Shown: positions 63,615-64,000 of the stretch, in pieces
Layout: each line of letters starts with the position of its first letter
Position numbering within the stretch: the stretch's first letter is position 1
Source of the DNA: Trichormus sp. ATA11-4-KO1
Lineage (GTDB): Bacteria > Cyanobacteriota > Cyanobacteriia > Cyanobacteriales > Nostocaceae
Assembly (NCBI GenBank): GCA_019358915.1
Contig: JAHHIM010000003.1
Location: forward strand, 32,001 to 96,000
Length of the DNA: 64,000 nt
Direction: 5' to 3'
Notes under the pieces: generated by a model
Seen by the model: only the letters and a program-made list of their open reading frames with translations
What the model was told of the DNA's origin: nothing
The model's database searches: none
Position numbers and translations under genes: made by a program

Positions 63615-64000
63615 ATGATGTACATGACATGGCTGAACAATCCGATGCCAATGGCTAACTTATTAGGTTGTTTGGCAGTAATTAGTTATATTTTAACATT
63701 GCTTCCCACTTCTTTAAGAGTAGTTTTTCCTGCTTTAAAGAAGACTAAACTTCCCATTCAATTATTGAAATATCGTCGTCAATTAGGGGTCTTGGCTTTT
63801 GTTTTAAGTTTGGGTCATGCCTGGCTTTTAATAGTCAAAAGAAATTTCGATTTTTTTGATTTGAGTACCTATAGAGTATATGTGCATGGTTCAGCAACAT
63901 TTATTATTTTCACACTACTAGCAGTTACATCTAACGACTGGTGTGTCAAAAAAATGAAGAAGAATTGGCGACAGTTGCATCAACTAACCTATCTAGCAAT
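63615..64000 (+). CDS. Ferric-reductase-like transmembrane protein (MsrQ/YedZ family), runs off the window
   Basis: Not in the ORF track; reads ...YRRQLGVLAF...GHA...LLAVTSNDW..KKMKKNWRQLHQLTYLA. Confidence 0.85.
   Translation, partial: MMYMTWLNNPMPMANLLGCLAVISYILTLLPTSLRVVFPALKKTKLPIQLLKYRRQLGVLAFVLSLGHAWLLIVKRNFDFFDLSTYRVYVHGSATFIIFTLLAVTSNDWCVKKMKKNWRQLHQLTYLA

Overview
Chromosomal window from a filamentous, probably Nostocales-type, cyanobacterium (abundant HIP1 GCGATCGC octamers, heptameric STRR repeats, small dispersed repeats). Most of it is housekeeping: argD, tsaB, murF, dnaK/hsp20, ptrB, hemE, trpD, carA, mrnC, rlmB, cobJ, leuCD, tRNA-Val(UAC), mazG, proA, aroC, argB. The most notable items are: (1) a compact nine-gene VirB4/VirB10-containing type IV secretion-like operon (9949-19373) with no coupling protein, relaxase or integrase visible in the window; (2) next to it, two tandem ~155-165 bp non-coding modules, each with palindrome, promoter-like spacing, hairpin and terminator, which look like a pair of paralogous sRNA genes; (3) a cysteine-desulfurase-like / atypical sulfite-oxidase-family / TauE operon behind an NtcA-type box; (4) a tandem Rpn-family duplication with identical N-termini, a divergent C-terminal block and an internal RBS+ATG; (5) an orphan double-glycine Tyr-rich peptide gene; (6) several MITEs and gene remnants (hsdM-like tail, GT4 fragment, Uma2 fragments). 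All family assignments come from motif recognition by eye; no database search was run.
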